64,000 bases of DNA. Origin: Lachnospiraceae bacterium (lineage in GTDB: Bacteria; Bacillota; Clostridia; Lachnospirales; Lachnospiraceae). Position 1 is the first letter of the stretch. Each line of letters opens with the position of its first letter. Position numbers and translations under genes: made by a program. The notes beneath the pieces are model-generated. The model worked only from the letters and a program-made list of their open reading frames with translations, was not told the DNA's origin and searched no databases. Shown here one piece after another: positions 19,301-27,518 of this stretch. Location of the stretch: assembly GCA_051877755.1 (NCBI GenBank), contig JBJEJE010000003.1:21460-85459 (forward strand), in the 5' to 3' direction.

Positions 19301-20261
19301 GGGTATCGGTGGACATGTAGATGTATTAACTGCTAAATTATTAGAAGATGGAAAAACTTTATCATTTGATACCGATAGATTCTCTGTTTATGCCATTGTT
19401 TATGAAAAAGAGGATTTGGATCTGAGTAAAGTAGCATGGAACTATAAGGATGCATTTACTTATGATGGTTCTGCAAAGACAGTAGAATTAACAGGATTAC
19501 CAAAGGGGCTTACGGCAACCTATACCGGCAATACAGCAACAGAGCCGGGAACCTATACCGCACAGGTAACATTTAGCTATGATGATACTGTATATAACGC
19601 ACCGGATGTGTCAATGTTCAGCAGTTTGCAATGGCAGATTGTTAAAACAGAAACACCAGCTGCATCAACTGCACCAACTGCTCCAGCAGACACCACTAAG
19701 GCCGGTGATACAGCAACAGTTGACGGTAATAATTATACCGTTACCAGTGTGGCAGATAACCAGAAGACCGTTACTTATGTAAGTGGTGATAAGAAAGCCA
19801 CAAATGTTACTGTACCGGATACCGTTACCATTAGCGGAACCACATATCAGGTAACAGCCATTGCGGATAATGCATTTAAGAATTGTACCGCATTAAAGAA
19901 AGTTACCATTCCAAAGAATGTGACAACAATCGGTAAGAATGCATTTTACGGATGTAAGAAATTGACTACGGTTAAGTATAGCGGAACGGCTGTGACAAAG
20001 ATTGACCAGGGAGCTTTCCGGAAGTGTACCAGCCTGAAGTCCGTAACCATTCCAAAGTCTGTAACAGAGATTGGAAAGGATGCTTTCCGGGATTGTACCA
20101 AGTTAAGCAAGATTACCTTTAAGGGAACTGCAATTAAGAAGATTGGTAAGAACGCATTTAAGAACATTGCAAAGAAACCAACCATCAAAGTGCCTGCAAA
20201 GAAAAAGACTGCTTACAAGAAGCTGCTTAAGAGTGCAGGTTATACAAAGACAGTAAAATAA
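16314..20261 (+). CDS. Large secreted surface protein with N-terminal repeated modules, an MBG-like domain and C-terminal BspA-type leucine-rich repeats
   Basis: The signal peptide is MKKWKQKNVAGFLAICMILSLFTGMPVNAS. The internal module ending INVGCPEVGFYT / IHVGYPVAAFYT is duplicated. DLSKVAWNYKDAFTYDGSAKTVELTGLP...GTYTAQV is present. The C-terminus has ~23-aa repeats (VTIPKNVTTIGKNAFYGCKKLTTV). No LPXTG motif was seen. Confidence 0.8.
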   Translation: MKKWKQKNVAGFLAICMILSLFTGMPVNASQEDGLDEEPPEIVNENGLKVTVGLDFVDIIDETTGESTGKQELLTTEEGSVVIPAYKNDDGVLVKHEYAEWERWTSFYGEDLWLDYVTEDGITTHVTYANITVTSPSGNDVTEEVASQHEIDDRVIRFQPTEAGRYTITYNLATAEVSDNSLTINVGCPEVGFYTYPKANAENLLKDDLFEYSDINKTFYTILQCDGSTIALSEEAPFKIKDWDVNPDPDTYITDETEIADYIKYEAVEEETGIYKVTVNTNKYFGLVVTATVEEDQENPTRDRWISVEPKMEGLVLKDQIDWDEDTGTPSVNLEAEFAKETYPELYGTTLYFAYVEKEGAEGELITADNEYISVSYDGKPAGKDLVEYGTNENNPDLIDFTFYEVGDYTVTYAIGDICSSVVIHVGYPVAAFYTTEEMSAEGFLRDGEFPYNNENRTVYFIVNDNPDKTITDTEISINDWNEEDIAIETIEENKKYKITVKDDVRASFGLTAQYYCKWDWEKVPKEDRRDIYMYTDEGAIYTDGIAHLGYAGCYISEYEFETCNGINYNSGNSQYWVHADTIQGVIDKLAAVSEGEEVLFNPDDPDDTATGIVNTGYIHINVSHFGDIQLEPQYISSSGNMKGIQFEAGNDHYFTIPDENHSLTEDGIYIEDKLYIVTKEGKVEFPALADVDIISRYCDELYTVVKHTEDGKLYYSLGEKIDIRLDSKSENTIPEADNQKMALGELLDSLEYNDAFTKYFDVYWMPAFQFPELHVNMYSDMKFAGNMSELYIGFKDGENNKASIFSRTENGLERVTTYSKDDINKDSETIDVVYDDIYAEGGTGYSVSNVKVHLYEIASTSQSDESSTYVTEAGDKVTLAVAPEPYSLKELKSEQIKAIEIGEKLTVSIKADEIDQATATDSEKNAIEEICKTVEMNLGKTAVVGAFLDLSVSAKVDTVEEETKITETKAPMTVTVPLTKELQGRKNYAIVRYHEGIGGHVDVLTAKLLEDGKTLSFDTDRFSVYAIVYEKEDLDLSKVAWNYKDAFTYDGSAKTVELTGLPKGLTATYTGNTATEPGTYTAQVTFSYDDTVYNAPDVSMFSSLQWQIVKTETPAASTAPTAPADTTKAGDTATVDGNNYTVTSVADNQKTVTYVSGDKKATNVTVPDTVTISGTTYQVTAIADNAFKNCTALKKVTIPKNVTTIGKNAFYGCKKLTTVKYSGTAVTKIDQGAFRKCTSLKSVTIPKSVTEIGKDAFRDCTKLSKITFKGTAIKKIGKNAFKNIAKKPTIKVPAKKKTAYKKLLKSAGYTKTVK

Positions 20262-20285
20262 TAACAAAATAGCAGATATATAACA

Positions 20286-20327
20286 GGGAGTGCCGTGATA
20301 AACATATCGCGGCACTCCCCTTTTATT
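20286..20327 (+). terminator. Intrinsic terminator after LRR protein 1
   Basis: GGGAGTGCCG (20286-20295) pairs with CGGCACTCCC (20310-20319), followed by C-TTTTATT. Confidence 0.8.
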
Positions 20328-20392
20328 GAAGTTTCCTTGTTTACTAAGTGTTGGAAAGAAATTGGGCATCATAGGGAAAAACAGAGAGTATA

Positions 20393-20803
20393 TTAACTAA
20401 GGGAATCTTCCCCAATATCTTTCAACAATTCGTTACATTCTTCCTCGGATAATTGGTGCTGGATGCAGTATAAAACAGCGGCATCGAAACGGTTTCGAGG
20501 ATAAAGAATGGGGCGGTTGCCGGCAGTTAAAAGTTTCTGGGTCTCATCCACAGAAAGCTGGCACAGAAAGGCAATGCGGATTAGAAAATTCCTGGTTGGT
20601 TTTCTCCTGCCTTTGAGAATCTGATAAGTGTAAGAGCGTTCCATGTTAAGCTTAAGAATCACATCTTTTGCCTGTAATCCATGAGATTCTAATAATGTAT
20701 TCATATATTCAGAAATATTGACATCTTTAAAAGAATCTTCTTTTTTGAATTCTTCTATATCTAAATTTTCTAGTAATTTCAATAATTCCTCAGTTGATTT
20801 CAT
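20393..20803 (-). CDS. XRE-family helix-turn-helix transcriptional regulator
   Basis: 136 aa. The HTH core is LQAKDVILKLNMERSYTYQILKGRRKPTRNFLIRIAFLCQL. It is transcribed divergently from LRR protein 2. Confidence 0.8.
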   Translation of the reverse strand: MKSTEELLKLLENLDIEEFKKEDSFKDVNISEYMNTLLESHGLQAKDVILKLNMERSYTYQILKGRRKPTRNFLIRIAFLCQLSVDETQKLLTAGNRPILYPRNRFDAAVLYCIQHQLSEEECNELLKDIGEDSLS

Positions 20804-20930
20804 GGTCCCACCATCCTGTATCTGTAATGAGATTGATTATCATTGATTATTGCCGGATTAAGGTTATATTATTCCGGATAAGCGAAGAAAACTTCACTTA
20901 TATGTATAATGGGTAATATATATCAATAAT

Positions 20931-20972
20931 ATTCTATCATAGTGAAATTATTTTTGGTGGGCAAATTTGCCC
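20931..20972 (-). promoter_or_regulatory. Promoter/operator module copy 2 (minus strand: GGGCAAATTTGCCCACCAAA, then 16 nt, then TGATAGAAT) driving the XRE gene
   Basis: The perfect palindrome GGGCAAATTTGCCC is followed by ACCAAA. The extended -10 TGATAGAAT lies at 20939-20931 read on the minus strand. This leaves a ~120-nt leader to ATG 20803. Confidence 0.6.
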
Positions 20973-21028
20973 ATTTTTGTTTTAATTTACAAAAATTGGA
21001 GAGAAATATGGGAAAAAATGATAAAAGT

Positions 21029-21071
21029 GGGCAGTTATGTCCACCAAAAAAGGCTACTAATTTGATAAAAT
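21029..21071 (+). promoter_or_regulatory. Promoter/operator module copy 3 (GGGCAGTTATGTCCACCAAA, then 17 nt, then TGATAAAAT) upstream of LRR surface protein 2
   Basis: It has the same architecture and spacing as copies 1 and 2. It is 56 bp from copy 2 in divergent orientation. Confidence 0.6.
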
Positions 21072-21125
21072 CGCAATATGACATTGTCATTATTAGTGCA
21101 ATGAAAATATGAAGGAGGATATTGT

Positions 21126-24100
21126 ATGAGGAAGGAAAGATTAAAAAAGCGAGGTATAGCATTAAGCCTTGCCTGTGTAATGATCTTAAGTATGTTTACA
21201 GGAATTAAGGCAAATGCTGGTTGGTGGGGAAATCCAGAAGAGAATCCAGAGACAGCTAAGCAATATGGATTATGGTTTGGAAGTTGCTGGCTTGAGGAAG
21301 ATGAAAATAGTGAAAACTGCGGAAAATGGATGATGGATACGGATGAAGATCCTGTAGTGTGTGATCCTACTAGTGTAGATGTTGGGGACATGAGAGAGTA
21401 TGCAGATATGGATCTTCGAGAAGTTGACGGAACCTGGAAGAATGCGTATTTCTTCAAGTATGTCGATTATGAAATAAGTGGAGAAGTTGAGGAGTCAAGT
21501 ATTAACATAGGAAATATTGATCAGATTACGGAAGAGACGAACCTTTATATAACTTATCTGGGCACAGAACTTGAAAACGATGCGGAAAATGAAGGGAATA
21601 CGGACCCAAGATGGGCAATTGCTAATGTGGTGGAGGATTCTTCCGCATCTATTACACCTATTGAGGAATCAGAATCAGAAGGTCTTTTCGAGTTACATAT
21701 TGAGAAACCTGGATATTACATTATTTCCAAAGGGCAATTAGAAATAGCTGATAATCACTTTATTGACAGTGATGCTGCTATTGGTTTGCATGTATATAAA
21801 TATACCGGGCTTGCAGCAAGGGAAGCTTATTATGATGGTGATTCACAACAGTGGAATTATGACCCTGAAGACCCAAATTATGGCAATGAAATTTGGGGTC
21901 GGGATTTAGGAGATAGTGCCTTTGCGATTACTGATGTGGTGGAAGGAGAGGAAGGAAGTATTTCCTTTGATGAGCTTGAACTTACCTATTATGGTGAGAT
22001 TGGGGCAGATCCACGTTTTCCTTATGAAACCACAGATGAAGCTGAACAACCTATTGAAAAATATGAAGAGAAGGTGGATACCAAGGCAACCATTGAAGTA
22101 TATAATAAAGATGAAAGCCTTATTCTTTTCAAACCGGATACGCCGGGTAAGTATCTGATTTCAAAGAAAGGTATAACAGATGAAGTAACCGATGAAAATC
22201 GTGAAATTCGTGAGAATGCAATTCTAATTGACGTTGACTCGAATAGACCGGGATTTTTCAACACTACAAAATATTTAAGAGAAAATCTGCTTTTCAATGT
22301 ATGGGCAGATTGTTATGACACCACATATGTGGAAGGACAAGCAGATTCATCGTTTTATTACCATGCACCTGTTGTTGGAGAAGAAGAAGATGCCTTTGAA
22401 AAGCTGATTGTTAATTATGGTGATAATACCACTGAAATAGGGAAAGATGAAATTATTTCTAACGGCTTTTCCGACGTATTATCCATGGAGCCGGTTTCTG
22501 GAGCAAATGGATGGTACAAGATTACTATCAATTTGAATGATTATATGCATGTAGAGTTTGTAGATTCATTTGGGGGATGCGCAAATCTGGATGTTCGTTA
22601 TTATGGAGCTAACGAGATTGAACTACGTGAAGTGGACAGAGAGAAAACAGCATACAGCTATATGGATGATCCATATTTGGTAACCACATCCTTTACAATG
22701 GAGGCATATGGCGTAGAGAATGGTGAACTTAAGAAAATAACAAGTGAAGATAAACTGGCAGCCTTTAATGTATATGAAAGAATTGAACTGGGTGATATTT
22801 GTTGGGAGGATGAAAACGGGGAACCCCAACATATGGAAGGTTTTTCTCATAATGAAAATGATGAACTCATATATGAGAACGACCCTGATGATGTAAGATT
22901 TATCTTTGGTGAGGATGAGGATGGTAATGAAATCCTGGAATATGTGTACAAAAAAGTTGACAGTGATAATGCTTCCATAGAAGTAATAGAAGAAGGTCTT
23001 AAAGTACAGGTAAATGCTATTGGCGACTATCTTTTGACATCGGAGAATGGAGGATGGTATGAATTTAGAGCGGATCTTCCTAGTATTGGAGTGTACAATA
23101 CTCCAGAACGTAAGGAATACAACCGTGATTATATTGACAATTTGGAGAAAAATATTAAGGTATACCAGGGTCGTGACTGTAGTGATACATATTATGTTTT
23201 AGCCTGGGTTGACAAAGATCACTATGATAAAAATGGAGAACCTGTTACAGGTAATGTTAACGAATGGGATAATTTAAGTCCATGGGCTGCAGATCCTGAT
23301 ACAATTGATATTCAGGCAGGTGAAAATGTTAACTTTAAAACACTTGAAGATGTCGATTTTGATTCGATTGAGGGATTTGTGAAAGTAGATACAGAGAATC
23401 CGGTAATATATGAGGATGAGGATAATCGTGCAAAAATTGGATATCCAATTCAATTAACCAATGACATTGATAGAGATTTCTCTATTATTATGTCGGCTGA
23501 GCGGAATAATACTGAGTTAAAAAGACGTTATGATGCATTGGCTGTGGATTACGAACCACTTAAGGAACTTAAAGTTAAGAATGCTCCAACAAAGGTAGAA
23601 TACATTGAGGGAGAAACCTTTGATCCTAGCGGTTTAGTTGTTGAGGCTGTATATGAGGATGGAACGAGCTTTACATTGTCAAAGGATGAGTATAAGCTTA
23701 CAGTTTCTGATAAGCTTTCAACAAATGACAAAGTAGTAACCATTTCATATCTTGAAAAGACAGTGAATCAGAACATTACAGTAAAAGCAAAACAGAAGGT
23801 TGATTTGTCTAAAGCTGCATGGAATTATAAGGAAGCATTTATTGCGGATGGAACAGAGAAGACGGTTGAGATTACCGGATTACCTGCTGATGCAGTAAAT
23901 ATTGAGTATAAGAATAACAAGGCAAGTGCAGCAGGTACATATACTGCAGAAGCAGTTATTACATTAAAGGATGCAAACGCATATGAGTTTTCCGGTGAGA
24001 TTCCTGCATCACTCAAATCTCTTACATGGGAGATTAAGGCACCGGTGACAACCCCTGCTGATCCAACAACAGTTGGTGAGACAACAGTTGTAGAGAATGC

Positions 24101-24713
24101 TACATTTAAGGTATTATCTACTGAGGAAGGCAAAAAGGCTGTGACCTATGTAAGTGGGGACAAGAATGCTGCAAAAGTAACGATTCCGGCAACTGTAACA
24201 GTAAATGGTAATACATATGCTGTAACAGAAATTGCGGACAATGCCTTCTCCGGAAACAAGAAATTAACTACAGTTAGCATTCCGGACAGTGTAACAAAGA
24301 TTGGAAAGAATGCATTTAAGAATTGTGCAAAGTTAAAGAGTGTTACAATCCCGGCAGAGGTAACTGAGATTGGCAGCGATGCATTTTCAGGTTGTAAAAA
24401 GCTAACCAAAGTAACGATTGGAAAGAATGTAACTACCATCGGTGACAAGGCATTTTATAATTGTAGTGCACTTACCAAGGTTACTATTCCTGCCAATGTA
24501 AGTAAGATTGGAAAACAGACATTTGCAGGATGTAAGAACTTAAAGTCCATCACCATTAAGACCACCAAGCTGACCAGCAAGAATGTGGGAAGCAATGCAT
24601 TTAAGGGTATTAATGCAAAGGCTACCATCAAGGTGCCAAAGAGCAAATTGTCAAGTTACAAGAAGCTCTTAAAGTCAAAGGGTGTAAGCTCTAAGGCAAA
24701 AATCACAAAATAG
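21126..24713 (+). CDS. Large secreted surface protein with N-terminal repeated modules, a Big-like domain, an MBG-like domain and C-terminal BspA-type leucine-rich repeats
   Basis: A signal peptide is present. An Ig-like segment is KVKNAPTKVEYIEGETFDPSGLVVEAVYEDGTSF. DLSKAAWNYKEAFIADGTEKTVEITGLP...GTYTAEAV parallels the protein at 16314. LRR units include VTIPAEVTEIGSDAFSGCKKLTKV. The tail KKLLKSKG is shared with the paralog. Confidence 0.8.
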   Translation: MRKERLKKRGIALSLACVMILSMFTGIKANAGWWGNPEENPETAKQYGLWFGSCWLEEDENSENCGKWMMDTDEDPVVCDPTSVDVGDMREYADMDLREVDGTWKNAYFFKYVDYEISGEVEESSINIGNIDQITEETNLYITYLGTELENDAENEGNTDPRWAIANVVEDSSASITPIEESESEGLFELHIEKPGYYIISKGQLEIADNHFIDSDAAIGLHVYKYTGLAAREAYYDGDSQQWNYDPEDPNYGNEIWGRDLGDSAFAITDVVEGEEGSISFDELELTYYGEIGADPRFPYETTDEAEQPIEKYEEKVDTKATIEVYNKDESLILFKPDTPGKYLISKKGITDEVTDENREIRENAILIDVDSNRPGFFNTTKYLRENLLFNVWADCYDTTYVEGQADSSFYYHAPVVGEEEDAFEKLIVNYGDNTTEIGKDEIISNGFSDVLSMEPVSGANGWYKITINLNDYMHVEFVDSFGGCANLDVRYYGANEIELREVDREKTAYSYMDDPYLVTTSFTMEAYGVENGELKKITSEDKLAAFNVYERIELGDICWEDENGEPQHMEGFSHNENDELIYENDPDDVRFIFGEDEDGNEILEYVYKKVDSDNASIEVIEEGLKVQVNAIGDYLLTSENGGWYEFRADLPSIGVYNTPERKEYNRDYIDNLEKNIKVYQGRDCSDTYYVLAWVDKDHYDKNGEPVTGNVNEWDNLSPWAADPDTIDIQAGENVNFKTLEDVDFDSIEGFVKVDTENPVIYEDEDNRAKIGYPIQLTNDIDRDFSIIMSAERNNTELKRRYDALAVDYEPLKELKVKNAPTKVEYIEGETFDPSGLVVEAVYEDGTSFTLSKDEYKLTVSDKLSTNDKVVTISYLEKTVNQNITVKAKQKVDLSKAAWNYKEAFIADGTEKTVEITGLPADAVNIEYKNNKASAAGTYTAEAVITLKDANAYEFSGEIPASLKSLTWEIKAPVTTPADPTTVGETTVVENATFKVLSTEEGKKAVTYVSGDKNAAKVTIPATVTVNGNTYAVTEIADNAFSGNKKLTTVSIPDSVTKIGKNAFKNCAKLKSVTIPAEVTEIGSDAFSGCKKLTKVTIGKNVTTIGDKAFYNCSALTKVTIPANVSKIGKQTFAGCKNLKSITIKTTKLTSKNVGSNAFKGINAKATIKVPKSKLSSYKKLLKSKGVSSKAKITK

Positions 24714-24740
24714 GATTTTGTAATTTTCTATAAATAAAGG

Positions 24741-24786
24741 AAGCTGCCGCTTCATGATGTATCTATCGTGAAGTGGCAGCTTTTTT
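24741..24786. terminator. Bidirectional terminator between LRR protein 2 and the Ser/Thr kinase gene
   Basis: AAGCTGCCGCTTCA...TGAAGTGGCAGCTT is followed by TTTTTT, with an A-rich stretch on the left side. Confidence 0.75.
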
Positions 24787-26371
24787 ACTGTTCTGAAGAA
24801 GCAGCATTTTCCTGCTCGTCAACCCAATCAATTGTCATCCGGATGTTATTCATTATATCGGCCAGAGCACCCTGATATTCTACACGGGACTTCTCGCCAG
24901 AGGCTGTGGCATAGATATACAGACAGCTTTCTGTATTTATCACACTTGGAGTAAGATAGTTATAGATATTTGAATAAATGGCATCCGCATAATGCTCATA
25001 GGAGCCCAGCTTCTGTTTTAAAATCTGGTCCCGGTAAGCGAGATTGTCCCGTATTTGTACAATGGGAGCCCGGAAATCTTCTCCGGAAGAAGGAGTAACA
25101 CCATAATAGTCAGTACCTGTTACTTGACTGACAGCTTCATCTTCATAGAGGGCTTTTACTAATTTCTCACAGTTTGCCGCCATAGAAGAAGAGTCACTGT
25201 TATAACAGTCAAGGATGATCTGGTTCACCAAATCCTGAAATTCTAGAAAATCACATTCCATGGCACCAGACTGCTCAAACAAGGAAACATTCTCAGAGGA
25301 TACAGCAGCCTTGTTGGTTTCAGTAGAATCGGTTTCCATTTGGGAGGTATCATTTTCTGTGGAAGTAGTATTTTCTATGGAAGTGGTATTTTCTGCAGCA
25401 TTTCCGGATTCTTTATCTGAATTCAAGGAATCGGATAATGTAATATTATCCTGTTTTTCATAAAAGGAGCCACCTATAAATCCAAGTCCTGTTCCTAAAG
25501 CCAGTATCAGAAGCCCCAACCCAATCTGATAAGCATAGGATTTAGAAAAATTCAGATGGCTCTGATAATGCTTTAGGGAGCGGATGAGCTGCCCTACATC
25601 CGAATATCGCTTATCCGGTGCGAAATCCGTGCAGCGGGAAATCATTTTTTGAAATGGTTTTGCAATGGAAGAGGATTTCAAATCCTTGATTTCTGTACTT
25701 CCATAGGTTAAATATAACAAGGTTTTTCCCAGGGCATAGATATCCGTCCGCACATCACTCTGGGAAAATCCAAACTGCTCCGGCGCGGCATGGGAAGGGG
25801 TACCAACTAACATGGTATCCCTGGATTTATCTGGGGTAAAGACTCTTGCAGTATCAAAATCAATCAGATAAAGAACACCGGTGCCTTTTTGAATAATGAA
25901 ATTCTCCGGCTTAATGTCCCTGTGGATAATGGGTGGATTTTGTTTATGTAACAGCTGGATTATTTCACAGATTTCCAGCATGTAGCCTGTGATTTCCGTA
26001 TCAGACAGATAGAGTCGGCGTTCAAAATAGTCCGCTAAAGAAATGCCTTCAATATAGTCTCTTAACAGATAACAGGTTTCCCCCTCTTCCCAGCAATCCA
26101 TGCATTCCGGAACTGCTAAATTCTGTATTGTCCCCAGTTGCTTTGAGATTTGATATTCCTGTTTGATCAAAGGAATCTGTCTGTCGGTTCCCCGTTTCAG
26201 GATGAACTGGCTTTCCTTTGCATCTGATAATAGATAAATCTCTTTATTGGAAGATGTCTTTAGACAGTCGCGAAGCTGATAGGAGTCAGCCAGACGGTCA
26301 GGCAGCTGAAAGGAGTGTAATTGTTCATTATAGGAATTCAAAAAAGAATTGGAAGGTTTAACAGAATCCAT
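24785..26371 (-). CDS. Membrane Ser/Thr protein kinase (Hanks-type) with an uncharacterised extracellular C-terminal domain
   Basis: The catalytic loop is HRDIKPENF. DFDTAR replaces DFG, and an APE-like HAAPEQ is present. A TM segment (IGLGLLILALGTGLGFIGG) is followed by ~230 aa outside. Start is set at ATG 26371 (AAAGGAGA RBS); the longer track ORF overlaps the trmB region. Confidence 0.82.
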   Translation of the reverse strand: MDSVKPSNSFLNSYNEQLHSFQLPDRLADSYQLRDCLKTSSNKEIYLLSDAKESQFILKRGTDRQIPLIKQEYQISKQLGTIQNLAVPECMDCWEEGETCYLLRDYIEGISLADYFERRLYLSDTEITGYMLEICEIIQLLHKQNPPIIHRDIKPENFIIQKGTGVLYLIDFDTARVFTPDKSRDTMLVGTPSHAAPEQFGFSQSDVRTDIYALGKTLLYLTYGSTEIKDLKSSSIAKPFQKMISRCTDFAPDKRYSDVGQLIRSLKHYQSHLNFSKSYAYQIGLGLLILALGTGLGFIGGSFYEKQDNITLSDSLNSDKESGNAAENTTSIENTTSTENDTSQMETDSTETNKAAVSSENVSLFEQSGAMECDFLEFQDLVNQIILDCYNSDSSSMAANCEKLVKALYEDEAVSQVTGTDYYGVTPSSGEDFRAPIVQIRDNLAYRDQILKQKLGSYEHYADAIYSNIYNYLTPSVINTESCLYIYATASGEKSRVEYQGALADIMNNIRMTIDWVDEQENAASSEQ

Positions 26372-26521
26372 ATGTTTCTCCTTTCTGCGGAACTTTCTTC
26401 TGTAAAAATGTCGCATGCTCTGCATAAATATAAAAGAATTATAACATATACAATCTTGTTTCGGAAGAGGAAAGAAGGTATAATGCAATTACCTATCTTA
26501 TTAAAAAAATGGAGGAAGAAA

Positions 26522-27166
26522 ATGAGGTTACGAAATGTACCAGGCTCAAGAGATACCATTGCAGAGAGCCATTTTACAATAAAAAATGAAACAGAGCATA
26601 AGGGGAAATGGAATCAGGTATTTGGAAATGACCACCCAATCCATATTGAGATTGGAATGGGGAAGGGGCAGTTTATCATGACCCTGGCAGAACAGAATCC
26701 GGATATTAATTATGTGGGAATCGAAAAATATTCCTCTGTACTGGTGCGCGCCATCGAGAAGCAGGAGGAAAAAGAACTGCCAAACCTTTATTTTATCCGT
26801 ATGGAGGCGGAAAATATTGCGGATGTGTTTGAAGAGGGAGAAGTGGCAAGGATATATCTGAATTTTTCAGACCCGTGGCCAAAGGACCGCCATGCCAAGA
26901 GGAGGCTTACTTCTGTTCAGTTTTTGGAACGGTATGAGAAGATTCTTACAAAGGAAGGACATCTCATTTTTAAGACGGATAACCGGGATCTGTTTGATTT
27001 TTCTCTGGAGCAGGTGGAAGAAGCAGAGCATTGGAAGCTTCTGAATCATACCTTTGACCTGCATCACTCCGAATATGTGGAGGGCAACATTATGACGGAA
27101 TACGAAACCCGGTTTGTGGAAAAGGGAAATGCTATTTGCCGGATGGAAATCATGCAGCAACAGTAA
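26522..27166 (+). CDS. trmB: tRNA (guanine46-N7)-methyltransferase TrmB
   Basis: MRLRNVPG, IEIGMGKGQF, GIEKY, LNFSDPWPKDRHAKRRL and KTDN motifs are present. GGAGGAAG RBS precedes ATG 26522. Confidence 0.92.
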   Translation: MRLRNVPGSRDTIAESHFTIKNETEHKGKWNQVFGNDHPIHIEIGMGKGQFIMTLAEQNPDINYVGIEKYSSVLVRAIEKQEEKELPNLYFIRMEAENIADVFEEGEVARIYLNFSDPWPKDRHAKRRLTSVQFLERYEKILTKEGHLIFKTDNRDLFDFSLEQVEEAEHWKLLNHTFDLHHSEYVEGNIMTEYETRFVEKGNAICRMEIMQQQ

Positions 27167-27518
27167 TCCGGATTAAAATGTGGTGCAAATAATAGAAAGA
27201 AATTACAAATGCCTGCATAGAATATATATAAAAAGCGAAGTGTTTTGTTTTATGAAGAAATTGGCTTCTGTCATGACAGGGAAAATTTATGCGGCAAAGC
27301 GGCAGTATCCGATGCTGGAACAGTTCGGTAAACGGATGGATACCGTGAAAAAGGAATTAAATAAAAATGTACCGCCCAAGTAATGCTTTTGCAGATTGTA
27401 TTTATATAAGAAATATGGTATTATGATACTATCTATCGGTTTCTGAAAATATACTTTTTATAAGAATCAGAAGTACATTTTTACTGACCGGTGAAGGATT
27501 ATTTTTTTGGAGAGTACC

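Noticed and set aside
21035-21457. 140-aa minus-strand ORF (and 20923-21162) across the start of LRR protein 2, and 16037-16363 (-) across the start of LRR protein 1
   Set aside because: They overlap promoter regions and the signal-peptide-coding starts of well-supported genes. Their shared FGG(Q/H)NCPL peptide is just the translated operator motif.
26321-26521. N-terminal extensions of the trmB ORF (from 26321) and of the kinase ORF (up to 26488)
   Set aside because: The two extensions would overlap each other on opposite strands. Internal ATGs at 26522 and 26371 have good RBSs and match the family N-termini.
27180-27383. 67-aa ORF between trmB and the hisA-like gene
   Set aside because: It has a non-ATG start, no convincing RBS for it or for the internal ATG 27252, and no recognisable motif. 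It is kept as non-coding until expression data say otherwise.
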